In this document: in pieces, positions 13,029 to 25,762 of the stretch | Layout: each line of letters starts with the position of its first letter | Numbering within the stretch: position 1 is the stretch's first letter | Source of the DNA: Psammoneis japonica | Taxonomy: Eukaryota | Length of the DNA stretch: 64,000 bases | Assembly (NCBI GenBank): GCA_008632985.1 | Contig: QPGO01000002.1 | Span: forward strand, 248,001 to 312,000 | Reading direction: 5' to 3' | Notes under the pieces: generated by a model | Database searches by the model: none | What the model saw: only the letters and a program-made list of their open reading frames with translations | What the model was told of the DNA's origin: nothing | Program-made: the position numbers and the translations under genes

Positions 13029-14330
13029 TCCCTCTCATCGCATTCCTCGCACACAAAACAGCACACACCATGAGAATTAAGAATCAAAGCGAAACATCAG
13101 ACCAACTCCAATCCTTTCAACAGTGCCAATGCCATGTGCTGGTTTGAAGGCAATCAGCCAATTGCAAGATGGAAAAGAGAAATTTGTGTTGGCACCCCGA
13201 TTCGCTGCTCATCACCCCAGCTCTCTGTGGCGATCGAACCGCGCTGTGCTTTTGTTTCATTGTCTTGCTCATTTTCTTTGACACATTTGCTTCAAACACT
13301 TGCAGACAGAGGATTTTGATCATGTTCAGCAGCGAATGGATGTCTTCCCATGAAACACTGATCAAGTGTCTCAAAGCGCCTTTCATTTTGTGAAAAGAGA
13401 GTTGGTGTCTGCAGTGTGTCAGCAGTCACATGGCGAGCTTGGACGAGACAGATCAGGTCAGGGAGGAATGCAATGATGGGTCGTTTCTGTTTGGGATCCA
13501 TTTCTTGAGTGCTGTGCTGCTCAAGTGACTCCAACCTGTGATGGAGATTCTTCGGAACCCAGACATGGCGGGAAGCATGAGGCATTGGAAGCTTGGTTTG
13601 ATGCAATGGAGTCCGTTTCTGGCTGTGCTTGTGCCATTGCCGGTGACCAGGCATCGTGGAAAAACGCTCTGAGTTGTGGAGCACAGTGTGAGATTGTTCC
13701 AAATGTGGATCTGCTGCAACCACGTGGTGCTCATGTTTCCACAAATCGCAAGGGATGCGATCATTTGGCTGTGTGGCAGGAAAGGCACCTTTGCTCAACT
13801 CCAGAGGAAGAATGCGTTGCACTTCAAGGCAATCTCAGAACCTCACAGAGATGACAAGACGACTCAACTTTCTGATTTTTTTTTGCCCTGGAAACTTCGT
13901 GTGCGCTGCATGCATCATCGCCAAAAATTGGCAACATGACGATGGTGCATTGTCGCAACAACAGCAACAACAATGACGTGTCCTCCACTGTTTGGGCATT
14001 GCAGACATTTAGTTCATTAAGTTTGAGAATGTGTTCAGTCATGAAAGTCCCCGGGAGAAGCCTCCGTTTGAAAGCAAAACGTCGCCATCGTTTGATGCAT
14101 TTGAGTGTGGAACAATTGACAGTTTGCCCGGGGGACTTTCTTGATGCATGCATGTTCTTGAGAGCATTGTTGATGTGGTCATTGAGCACCAATTGCACAT
14201 CGCAAACGTGTCATCATCATCATCAGCGTTGAGCGGCAATTTGTCATGCAAATCACGAAAATGGCACGGACCGTCGTCTTCCGACATTGAGCTGCTGCGC
14301 GCAACTCCTGCGCATGCCTTGAGTGCAGTT

Positions 14331-14531
14331 GACAAGCGGCTCTGCTGTGCGGGAAGTCCCAAGCTCTCTGCTGGGCAAAATGGACAGTTCGAAGCTTTCA
14401 GGAAATGCCAGAGACGTGGCAGCCTGTGTCGACAATGAATTGCAGGCACCTCGAGACATGGGAATGACCCCAGCTGCCACTCTCCTCATGCCAGTCTTTG
14501 CCACACCAAAGCCACAAATCAAGGGTTGACA
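14331..14531 (+). repeat. ~200 bp non-coding module, hypermutated copy; inverted homologue of 46005-46203
   Basis: gggaagtc..aagctctctgctgggcaaaatggacag..tcaagggttgac is shared. TA sites of the 46 kb copy are TG/CA here (cctatat > cctgtgt). Confidence 0.85.
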
Positions 14532-16849
14532 CGTCACGAAAAAATGCAACACTGCATTGCTTTGTGGGCCTGCCAACAATTTCAAGTGGAACATTGTGTG
14601 TCGCCACAGGAGGGTGGACCACATTTTGGCAGTCTTCAGCCAATCAACAGAAGATGGTTTTGACTGCAACACATTGGGTGATGGTGCCTTGGTTGTGCAC
14701 CATTTTCCCTGGATCTCCATCAGAGTTGCTCTCTGCCAACTGCCAGCAGAGTGCAACTGTGAAGAGAGCTCTCTCTCTCAGCTGCCAGTGCTGCACTGTG
14801 CCACCTTAGATCTGCTCATGACATCAAAGCACACAACAGTGCATTGCAGCCCATTGACCCATGTGCGGAAGCAAATTGCACACAAACAAATGTTGCCATG
14901 TCATGGAATCCACTGGGGACAATGATCCACAGCACCAGATCCAGCTGTCTAAAACTGGCTGGGGTGTGCGATGTGGCAGTCATCAATGGGAACCCAGAAA
15001 TGCAAGTCTGAAGATCGGGTCTGTGGTGGGTAATTTTGCAATTAAAAACATCATGCAAGGGAACGAACAACAAACGAACGAACAAACAAACAATGTGTGT
15101 CATGTCCATCTGCCCTCCATCTTCAGCACCCTGTCTCCCCCTTCCTGGTCTGCTTTGATCCCCGTGACTTGCTTGTCAGCCAGTGCACTGGTGTCCTCTC
15201 GCTGCTTGGCTTGGAGTCCAGGCTCTGGAGAGAGCTGCCACTGGACCTGTCCTGTTCAAATCTAAGAGATGCAATTTGGGGTGCAACTTGGGGGTGCAAA
15301 AACAGGCGTCCTGAGACCAACACGCAATTTTCCTCGTGTGCACAGCAGTTTTTCATTTGAGGGTGATGTGCAGTGGGCTGAGCACCAGCAGCTGACAACC
15401 AGTGCACAGAGAGCACACCATGCCACTGCCACAATCATCAATGTGGGTGTGCACCCAAAGACAACAAATGATTGCTTGTCAGACAAAGCTTGACCATGGT
15501 GTCTTTGAGCACAATGAGAGCCATGACAGAGTCCTTTTTTTCTGTTGAGGACTTTTTGAAACAGCTTTGATTGGCTTGCAGCCTCTCTTGCAGTGGTGGT
15601 GCAACCCCTTTTCTGTTCTGCATCAGCTCATTGATGTTGATGAGCTGATTGAGAGGAAGAGCTGAGAAGAAATTGTGAGCCATGATGATGAGTTGTGTTT
15701 GCCTTCTTGTGGTCATGATGTGTTTTGGCTGCTGTCTTTGCTTTTAAGAAGAGCATCAGCAGCTTTGGCATTGCAGGGTGGGCTCTTTCTTGTTGTTTTG
15801 TTGGCTCCAGCCCTTGTGAAGCCACAGCATTGTTGTGTGAGACAGATTGGGTGACAGCTCTGGGACTCTGAGCAGCCGCAAAGCAAGGCATCACAGCTGG
15901 CAGAGCAACAAGGTTGTTTTCTGCATGTTTTCAGAGATTTTGACTTGGCCCTGTTGGTTTCTCACCACTGGGGCTGGACCAAGTGAACTGGAGGCAACCC
16001 AGCAGCACTGACAAAGTTCAGAATTGGAGCTTGCGTGTTGTCAACACTGTCAATTGTTGGCTTGCAACCTTGGGCAAAGTCTTGCAATGCACACTTTGGG
16101 CTGCAGCAGGTGCAGCAGTGCACAACAGAGTTGCTTGGAAGTGCAAGTGTGCTTCTGAAAAGCTGATGCAAGTGGGTGTGGAGGGGTGTTGTTGGTGGCT
16201 TTCCATGGCAACTTGCTTGTCAGTTGTCAGTGCTGTGGCAACTTTCTTTCTCCTCCTTTTTTTTTTGTCTGCAAGATGCAGATCACACTGCAGCCCACTC
16301 TCTGCCAAGCACTTGTTGATTGTGACACTTGTGTTGTCCAAGTTGCAACACTGGCACATTTTTTCACAGGGGAAAGCCATGCTTGTTTTGACAAATGTGG
16401 AGGTCACAGAGGCAGGTGGTTTTTCACAGGAGGGTGGCTTCAAATTAGTTTGTGAGCCCAAATTGTGCCCCAATTGCCGTGAGCATGATGGGTCTGATTC
16501 TTTCCACTGTTGTTGTAAAGGCTTGAGGTGTGTTTCAAAATGAAGTGCACACCAGCTTCAAGGTTGACCTTCACTCAGACTCCAAGGCATGCCAGAGAAG
16601 AAAAAGAGGGGTGAAATCAGACCAAGCAGCCAAACAAATTGAAGCTGAATCAGCTGCTTTTTGTCACTTTGCAGGCACTGCACATTGCCCCAATCAAATT
16701 GTGGGCCAAAAGAGAGCTGCTCAATCTTTCTCCTTGGGCAGTTTACAAGGGTGTCAGGTCACACACAGCATTCCACCATGGACAAGGAATCTGAGATCCC
16801 TCACCCAGCATGCCCCTGTTTCTGCAGTGGCCACCACCTCCCCCATGTG

Positions 16850-17770
16850 CCGCCCACTGTCTGACATCCAGCAATTGGCATCATCAGCCATCAAGCATGC
16901 TCCACAAGACATCCAGCACCCAGCATCCATGACACACCACCTGGCATCCAGAAACCTCCATCCACCAGCCACTGGCTGCTGTCTGCCAGCAATCGTCAAC
17001 CATTCTCCATCATTCATCCACCATCTGCCATCCAGTGTGATCTGCCCACCATCTGCCACACCCCACCATCCATGATCTGATGTCTGCAGCCCATGTCCCA
17101 CATCCATCATCTGACATCTTGCATGTCTGCCATCCATGACTTGCCACCTGCCATGTGACATCCACCACACACCATGATCTGCCACCCATCATCATCCAGC
17201 ATCCAGCATTTGCCATCCACCATCAAGCATCCATGATCCTGTGCCATCCACCACCCACCTTCCAGCATCCATCATTTGCCATCCACCACAAAGCATCAAC
17301 CAACAAGAGTTTGGCATGTGCCATCCACCGCGCACCCTCCAGCAGCGGCCATCCACCCTCCAGCAGCAGGAGCCAGTGGTCAGCATCCAGCACACACCGT
17401 TTGTGGAGCAGCACCCATCATCCAGAGACCAGCGTCCAACATCTGCCATCCACAACTCCATCCAACATCCAGCATCCGTCATCTGCCATCCAACATCCAC
17501 AAACCACAAACCACCACCCACCATCCAGCACCCAGCACATCTGCCATCCAGTGCCCAGCATCATCCAGCACATCCAGTGTCCATCATCCAGCACCCAGCA
17601 CCCACCAGTCTCTGCCATCCACCTTCCATCATCCAGCACTCACCACTCACCATCCAGCCCCCACCATCAGAAACCCACCATCCAGCCCCCACCATCAGAA
17701 ACCCACCATCCACCATCTGCCATCCTCCACTCTCCACCATCCAGCGCTTGCCATCTGCCACTCACCTCCA
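16850..17770. repeat. Degenerate ~7-bp period minisatellite (CCATCCA/CCAGCAT-like), strongly C/A strand-skewed
   Basis: Runs such as catccagcatccagcat and ccatccagcacccagca over ~900 bp. Confidence 0.8.
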
Positions 17771-20519
17771 TGTTTGTCCCAGAGTTGCCAACACGGCATT
17801 TGAGTGAGGTTGTTTGTTGTTTGCAGTTTTTGTTTCTGAGCACTGAGGTCACTTGCGTTCACACCTGGTTTCCCACAAAAATGCAAGAACATCAGACACC
17901 ATGATTGAAGCACAATGATGACAGCAATCTGGACATTTCTTCAACATGCTGCAGTGGCCCATCCTCAAACATTTGATGTTTGTGTGACCTTTGACACACA
18001 ACAACCACAAAACAGATGAGAGTTGACAGAAGGACCACCTCCACATCACAGACTTGTGGCTTGATGTTTTTGCTGCAGCAAAGCACAGTGAAATCAAGAA
18101 AAGCCATGCAAGTCACAAGCTGTTTGGTCAAATTCAAGCTGAGAAAAGCAGCAGCAATGACCCCCCTCAAATGTCTTGAGAATGGTGTGGGGCAGGTGAA
18201 ATTCTTGTGTGGAGCTCACACATGGCTTTCTGTGAGCCCATTGTCACATGGAATCCCACCTGGGGCTAGAATGCATCAATTGCTGCAGACTCATGCTGGT
18301 TGATTGTTCAAGTCAGAGTTGAAAGGAGACTCTCAACAAGAAGCAAATTGTGGATGGTTTTTGGTTGGCATGGGAATGTGCAGCCAGAGGAGAGAAAGCA
18401 TGCATGGTTTTGGTCATGTCTGTCAGTGATTGTGGTCATGCTCTGGCATGTCTGTGGGACATTGGCATGTTCATCATGGCTGATTTGTTGCCCTGGTGTT
18501 GTTGTAAAAGCCCCAGCCAACAATGCCAATTTCATCATGCCTTGAAACTTTGATGTTCTTCTTGGTGGCCACCAGGGAGCCATGATGAGGAGGATGACAG
18601 CATTCAACACCATCAGCTGAGCAAAGGGAGGGCAGTTCATCTGCCACAAAGAAAGGTCATGACAAGCTCAAATTGGTTTTAAAGCAGTTGGACCTTCTTC
18701 AGGCTCATGGGAGGTTCCCCTTGTTTTGCAGAGTTGTGTTGAACACTCAGCACTTTGGTGCAGCAGAAAGAATTGATGGCCTGGTCCAGCTGGGCTGACA
18801 AGGTGAACATGGCACACAATTTTTGTGAGAAGGCCACAGCAAATGTCCACACCTTGGCAACACAGAGAAACTTCACAGAGTGGGGAAGATGCAAACTCTC
18901 AATGCTCCACCAGCCTGTGATCAAAGCTGAGAATCAGGAGGATGGAGCCACAGGTTTGTCACCCAAGTCTTGCACACAATTGACTTGCTCTGGACTGGCT
19001 GCACCAAAGTCAGGTGTTGCTGCCAACAAATGGGGCTGGATGACTGTGTTGCCTGCAAGGCTCCAAAACAAGCTGATGGTGCATCAAAAAATGGGCAATG
19101 CTTCTGTTGCTTCAATGTCAGTGGAGACAATTGCCGCACTGGCAAATCATTTGTTTGTGACTTGTTGCAACACAAGGTCTCACTTCAAACAGTTTGGGCT
19201 GCTGATCTCAGCTGATCTCAGCACACATCATGCGCAGTCATGCTGTTGAGTTTGTCTCCTTTAAGAGCCCATGTGATGTGCCACCAGTGCTTTGCCATTT
19301 TATTTTCACCCATCTCAGAACACTCCCAAGCACTTTTCTGTTCATCAAACTCTTGTTGGAGCTGTCAGATGGCAGCAAGAGCTGTGCATTTGACAACTCA
19401 AAGGTTGAGGTCAGGCCCATGTGTGAAGAGAGAAAAACCACTGTCATTTGCCAAAAAGCACTCTCTCATCTCACAAGAGACAAGCCAAAACTTTCCAGGA
19501 AATGCTGACAAGTGGCATTTGATGGGCTGCAACAACCCCATTGGCAGCTGCTCAGCCAAACATTGTGCATCCACTCACCCAATCAATGAAACCTGCTGAC
19601 AGTGTGGCGGCTTTCCACATTCCAGAAATCAAAGCTTTTGAGCTGGCCCAAACAGCCTTGGCATCAGATCTGGAAAAATTCAGAGACAAACAAAAAAAAC
19701 TGAAGGATCTTAGAAAAGGTTGATTCCAAGGCATCTCCAGGGTCCCTTTTGCAACCTGCACATGATTCAAGCCTCTCCACTGACATTCAGTGGGCACATG
19801 CTCACAATGGCATTGAAGGCAACAAAAACAAAAAATGACACTGCAAATCTTTGTCATGAGCAAACAATGAGAGCCCATGCATGGCAAATTGCCACCATCT
19901 CTGCAGACAGAGACCATCGCTCATGATGGCTCTTGCTGCAGCAATGCAAAGTCAAGCTTCAAGCAGCAGCAACTTCTCCCACAATTGCCTGTCTGCCTTT
20001 TTCTAGATTGAGGTCAAATTGTCAAGAGTTCTGTGAAAATTGCGATGAAAAATGCTGTGGGTTGTTTGGCCAAACTGCTTCTGCTTGCAGTGCTGACATG
20101 GAGGCTGTGGCTCACATCTTGATGCCGGCACTTTCTGAAAATTGATGATTGCAGCAGTGCCATCCAACTCAGCAAATTTGACCTCTTGTGGATCCACCAC
20201 ACCAATCATTTTGACAAACGTCCAAGCAGCCAACAGCTTGTCGAATCCAACCTTGTCAAAGCCCTTGCCGCCTGCAAGAACAAGAAAACAAGAAATCCAC
20301 AGCAAATGGCAAATGGCTGGTTCTCTCAACCCACCAGTCTTGGACCCAGCTCACAAATGACATGGTGGAAACGGGCAAACTCACAAGCAAGAACAACTCG
20401 CCACACCTCGTCTTCTCCATCAAAAAAGCAAGACCACAAACAACCAAGTGCCAGCCAGCAGCGAGGGTGTCACAGACTCCAGCCGCGACACTGACCTGTG
20501 GGTTTGTCATTTTTAGACA

Positions 20520-20715
20520 CGGACATAGACTAAAAACCGGCCACGGTCATTGTCCAAGCATTCTGTCATGTCTGCTCTAGAGTCTGGTCTCGCAACCTGA
20601 CAAAGTTCGACCTCCATCGCTGGAAACTCATTTTGGAGAACAGTGCGACACATCCAGGTTTTTCAAAATGTTCGAGGATCCGTAAATGCCCGTCCTCACA
20701 TAGTAGATCCATCCT
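20520..20715 (-). mobile_element. Terminus of a TIR DNA transposon (AGGATGGATCTAC family)
   Basis: The reverse complement starts AGGATGGATCTAC and aligns with 58260-58445 (cagcgat..ggtcgaactttgtc..agaatgctt). The partner end was not found. Confidence 0.7.
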
Positions 20716-20877
20716 CTCTCTAGAGAGAAAGAGTAGAAGCTCTCTACTAGAGAGTAGACGAGCCATGTAGACTAGCTAGTTGACTTACAAAATCGTCGAG
20801 TACATGTCATGCGCTGATGTCGTTTCCTTGGATGCGCAGTTAAGGCTGCCTGGAAGCAGTCTCTACTCTAGGCGCAA

Positions 20878-23060
20878 GTATGGTCGCTTCCTCCCTCCGA
20901 AGTTGGATCGCATTATTTGCGACGATTGATAAGTTGCCGAGCCAACTACTAGTATGACTAAGATATACTTCACAGGATGGAAGTGAACTTTATCTAGTTC
21001 AACGCAGCTGTTAGTAATGACGGTACATTGATTTTTTTTTGGATGGAATCTGAAGGCACTTTGTATTACAGTATTGATTGCCCAAAGGCGGTGCTACTAT
21101 GTTTTCCATATATTAATAGAAGCGCATCACAAGACAAAAAAACACCACACAGCAGAGTCCCGTCCACGCAGCTTCATCCGTCATTCATTGTTTCATTCAA
21201 TCGGAGTCCGAATACGAGAGGACTGCAATAAGGCACTCCTCGGAGCCGCTTGGTGGTACGGCAGATCCTATTCAAACTTCTGTCTGCAATTTTGAAGGTT
21301 GTTACTTCACCGGGAATCTGACGAAGCACTGGGGCTGCAGTTGTGCCATCCGACTCTCTCGTCACGTTTTCTTGTTTCATGTCAGTGTCTTATGGCAGGC
21401 GGGGTCCCAAAGGTCGAGATGAATCGTACCCAGAGCCATCCGACTCCGCTTTGGAAACATTTGTGATTTTGGCATGGCCGGATTTATTAGAAGTGGAGTC
21501 GACTTGCTGAACAGAGAGCGAGTCATCTGCCTCAAACATTGTCTCTTCAGTCACGTTTGCCAAGTCTGAGCTTTCACTGTAGACGCCAGATTCATTCGAC
21601 GGTTCAAGAGCGGTTGTCGTAGCGGCAGGCATAGAAACGTTTGGAATAGATCTTGGCTTGCTACTATCATCGTTCTGGTTACCTCGATCTTCTAGGAGTG
21701 TATCGTAAAAGTAGCGCTTGTCAATCATTGGTCGCTGTCGTTTTTCGTTCGCACATCCGCCACAACCAAATGAAAGTAGGCGGCTAAGAGTCTCGTCACG
21801 TTCCACTAACGAATTCTTCTTCTCGCCCGTCATTACAGCGGGCGTATCCGCAGATTCTGCCCCATTTTCCTTGCTGTCAACGTTTCTAGCAAAATGTAGC
21901 ATACCAGGCTTGCGGTTCCTCCTCCGCGTCGCAAGTGGAGCTCGCCTTCACAAGCAAAAGCGACAAACAGGTAGTCTTAGAACAGATAAAAGGATAAACA
22001 AGACAAAGAACAAAACTCACAATTTACCTTGACCGGGTTCAAGCAACAATGCCCGCTGCATCTTATAGAGAGAGAGCATTCGCCATTTGTTGCAGTCGTC
22101 GCTACAAACCCACAGATCGCTCTGCCATTGAACATGCAGTTCTCGTTTCGATTAGCAGTTATCAGGGTCATGCTGATCAGCCCCCCCTTGCCACCAAACA
22201 ACCTTTGTTCACCGACCGTGAGTATATTTTCTCCTAAATGGAGCCTTCTGTGATGAAACGGTACACAAAAACGGGTCGAGTCCATCAATTTAGATGAGAA
22301 GAACGTTGCTGGTGCTGATCACATCATTGGAATCATTGAAGGAATCGGCAAGGGTGCCACGTTCAGTTGCATCCACGGCGCCTTTTCATCCAGACAACCA
22401 CAGTAAAACGTTAGACAAATCACAGTAGCGCAACAGAAGCTTTCGGTCGCACAACAACTTACCGTCGATTCTCAAGTATTCCTTGTTTCTCGATTCCGCC
22501 AGCCACCGTGAGTCTTTCCTCGGAATTCCCATTTATTCTGCAACACCGTATCCAGATAGTCAAGCGTTTTCAAGCACTTGCTGAAAACGGCAACCTTTTC
22601 TCCAATTTCCTCTGCATGTGACAAAATGTTCAGAAGGAGAACAACTTTGCATCAATGCTCCACTTTCAGCTTGTCTGTCCGCCCTGTTTCCGCTGCCACG
22701 TTGTCCCACCAATAAACCCCGCATTCTTCCTATTCGCTGTCACTAGCATCTGCGCCACACTCCCTGTCGGTCTTGGGAATACATAATACATGGCTCGTTC
22801 TGTAATAATGTTCTCCTCTGAATCGCTAAACAGGTCAATCACGGGGATGTTGGTGCTGTGGAGTGCCACTAGTGTCGAGGTTCTGGCGGTTGTGGGCGAT
22901 CTAGCCCGTTCAGTCTTCACTTCAGAACTTTCACTGGGCTGTGCGTCGACTGCTGCAGCCTCAGGACTCCGTTTTCTGCCTTCAGCTCCATGCATCAATA
23001 AACTGAAAACATCCGGGATGATTGAGAACAGGCTTGAGCTTGGCATAAGCGTCCAAAAAT
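20878..23060 (-). pseudogene. ATRX-like SNF2 pseudogene, copy 2 (retains HELICc region)
   Basis: Minus strand 22660-22030 encodes KVVLLLNILSHAEEIGEKVAVFSKCLKTLDY and GGLISMTLITANR, matching the ATRX C-terminal helicase (KMVLLFEILRMAEEIGDKVLVFS; GGLGINL.AANR). Disrupted. Confidence 0.75.
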
Positions 23061-23402
23061 GATTTGGTAATTTTATAGAAGAATGTTTTTCTTAGGGTCT
23101 ACCACTGCGGCTCCTCCAAAGAGTACCATAGGGCGTCGCACTTGGCGGCGGCGTTTGTTTGTAGCTCATGGTAGCCCTCTACTAGCTAGAGGTGTTTTGC
23201 GTTTGCTTCCTATCATAACCTTACCATACCGCGAGAAGCGAGCAATGACCGATCTTTGATTCAATCGACTCAATTCGATCTAACGGATGAAATGTATTAT
23301 TATCTTCGAATAAGCTTATCATATTTATCCATGTAACGCTTTTCCAACGGTTGGCGACCCAAGCTCACATTTTCATCGCCAAGCTCACTCAAAAAAAAAA
23401 GT

Positions 23403-23900
23403 GTGAAAAGCTCCCACAACAAAAACCAACCACGATATGATGAGAGACTACAACGTGCCATGTACAAAGAAACGAATAATATCAAGATATCAATTGTCCA
23501 CTGCTGTTCAAGACCATACTGCACTCGGCACGATTCTTCCATTTGCAACAACGACAAGAAACGATTTGGTTTGCTTGATGAGATTCTATTGACGCAACTA
23601 CGACGTCCGCGCGGCATACGAATTTCAACAACACAATCCATTCAAAATGTGCTCTTGATACATTTGGGGTATTGTATAAATACTACGACAGGAAACGAAC
23701 AAGTCATTGCTCGACTAGCTTGTCATTGTCTTATGCAACTGTACGAGACTGCCAATTATCAACAACAATACATGGAATTGGACGAGTACAAGGAGGTGTT
23801 GCAGATTTTGAGTATAGTACTGGAAAGTCAAGGATCTTATTCTATCAAAATGCATTGCTTACAAATTGCTTTGCTCTTGGCAAGACACGACGAAAACTGA
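23403..23900 (+). pseudogene. Unidentified helical (ARM/HEAT-like) coding fragment
   Basis: 165-aa ORF with plausible helical composition (EQVIARLACHCLMQL; IKMHCLQIALLLAR). No recognisable family. Confidence 0.25.
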
Positions 23901-24330
23901 CCCCCTTGACAATATTTTTTCCGATGACTGAACAAAGTCCCAAACTGGTGTAGAATAATCATATTCGTGAGAAGAACATAGACCGTAGAGCGGTTTCAAA
24001 GCAGGCAGAGCTTACTCACAAGAAGCACACCAACTCTGACGCGCCATTCCAAAAGGCGGTGCGGCCGACAGCACCACGTGGACCTATCCGTCACGGCAAC
24101 AGTTTTACAACACGACCATGGTAGGAGAGGACGGCAAAACGACCGTGCACTGCATTATTGTGTATTATCGCGACCGAGTCGAGGAGTCGCCGGGCAGCGT
24201 CTATAATACGGGGACTCGGCCGTGCCCCGCAAGGACGATCCGCAATCCAAGCCGTCTCTTCGACCTGCACTTGATGGACATGTTGAATTTGGAAGCCATT
24301 GGACGTGGTAGTGGTATTCTAATGATAAGC

Positions 24331-24503
24331 TAGAAGTTGTTGGGTGTCTAGTTTTTATTTAGCTCGATCGTCTTTATCAAAGCTAACTAGAGATAACAAA
24401 TGATTTTCGTAAAATAATGAAGAGCTATTATTGGGTGTGACACTATGACACATCCGAACGTCATCTACGATATTCTTATACTTATTTCGGTCTTCCCCAC
24501 CGT
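24331..24503 (-). repeat. Shared downstream module, copy 2
   Basis: Matches 10796-10960. Confidence 0.85.
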
Positions 24504-24541
24504 TTGATCTCTCCTCTCTCCCCAGTGCAACAAAAAGAAGA

Positions 24542-25645
24542 TTACTTCCTTTTGAAGAAGCGAGCCATCATGCCACCCTTGAAGTTCTCTCGACGACGAG
24601 CAGCAGCATCTGCTGCATTGCCGGCAGCATCTGCTACATCGCCAGCAGCATCTACCGTAGCATCACCATCCACGTCGTCGTCGTCACCACCGCCCCCATT
24701 GGTAGTGTCAGTTGCGCCGCCGCCGCCTGCAACAGCATTGACATCGCCAGCAGCATCTACCGTAGCATCACCATCCACGTCGTCGTCGTCACCGCCCCTA
24801 TTGGTAGTGTCAGTTGTGCCGCCGCCGCCTGCAACAGCATCTGCTACATCGCCAGCAGCATCTACCGTAGCATCACCATCCACGTCGTCGTCGTCACCAC
24901 CGCCCCCATTGGTAGTGTCAGTTGCGCCGCCGCCGCCTGCAACAGCATTGACATCGCCAGCAGCATCTACCGTAGCATCAGAAGGGAAAAGAAAGAGATG
25001 TGAGCCACCCACCTTGATGCACAATCGCAACACATACACACCACTTACACACTCCTCCAGCAGCATCGGCGCCGCCCCTGTTCGTAGCGTCATTCGCGCC
25101 GCCACCGCCGCCGCCAGCAACAGTGACACGGGCGCCAATCCTTAGACCTGCAACCACCGCGGCAACATTGTTGGCTGCATCTGGGCCTAAGAAGAGAGAG
25201 AGAGAGGCATGCACACAGAGGTGTCAGCCACCCACCTTGACAAAACAATCACAACACACGCAAACTTACCTCTTCCTCCGACATTGATGTTGCTGACTCT
25301 TACTGTGGTGTATGTGGTGTTTGCAACCGGTGGAAGCTGAGGCGCGTTTGCAGCGGCGGGAGGCGGAAGTGGGCTTGCAGCGGCTGCTCTATGATCCATC
25401 AGCCGGCCCACAACTTCGCGGTAATGCTGATAGAAAGTTTCAAACCGCATTGTCCTCCAACGATCATCCTGGTCCTGGATTGCACGTATGAAGTCATTGT
25501 TGCGATGATTCGCCGTCGTGAACTCCAATTCGCGACTCTCAGGGAAATTGAACATCCTGGTGAGGAGAACAACGTCGTCCCGTGATGACCACCTGTGCCT
25601 TCCACCGCCACCGCCGTTTCCGTTGTTGTTGTTGTTGTTGTTCAT
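24542..25645 (-). CDS. ~312-aa protein with a Myb/SANT-like N-terminus and Gly/Asp/Ala repeat tail; introns 25269-25187 and 25048-24967
   Basis: ATG at 25645 (MNNNN..RHRWSSRDDVVLL). Two GTAAGT..TAG introns (83 and 82 nt) join three ORF-track segments in frame to the stop at 24542. The Myb-like call rests on the W..DD..LL pattern only. Confidence 0.7.
24625..24980. repeat. 105-bp tandem repeat (~3.3 units) within the coding exon
   Basis: tcgccagcagcatctaccgtagcatca recurs at 24639, 24744, 24849 and 24954. Confidence 0.95.
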
Positions 25646-25745
25646 GGCTGCTGTTTGTTTTTGTTTGCGGCTGAAGATGAGAGCGCTGGCGGATTGCGGA
25701 TCTGTAATAATTCTGGAGGTCGCTGCGTGCTGCATTGTGTCGTGC

Positions 25746-25762
25746 CACGTAGAATCTACGTG
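25746..25762. promoter_or_regulatory. Palindrome CACGTAGA-A-TCTACGTG in the shared upstream region of a divergent gene pair
   Basis: Perfect 8-bp inverted repeat with 1-nt spacer between ATG 25645(-) and ATG 26109(+). The same half-site occurs upstream of other family genes. Confidence 0.5.

Larger units (their letters stand above)
12330..20510. other. TpA- and CpG-depleted hypermutated block B (nested degenerate TE sequence)
   Basis: Only scattered TA over 8 kb, mostly in TTAA/TTAG/CTAA/CTAG. Translations are Cys/His/Trp/Gln-rich and Tyr-free. Confidence 0.9.

Noticed and set aside
14043..14531. RNase MRP/P RNA (GAAAGTCCCCGG and GGAAGTC..AAGGGTT resemble P4 strands)
   Set aside because: I could not build a proper P4 pairing or the other conserved regions by eye. 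It needs an Infernal search.
16850..17770. Interstitial telomeric repeat
   Set aside because: The unit does not derive simply from CCCTAA or CCCTAAA even after allowing TA>CA.
24625..24980. CRISPR-like array
   Set aside because: Contiguous 105-bp coding tandem repeat without unique spacers; eukaryotic context and no cas genes.
24504..25145. Plus-strand Pro/Ala/Ser-rich 213-aa ORF
   Set aside because: Antisense shadow of the spliced minus-strand gene, which has canonical introns and the shared downstream module on its 3' side.
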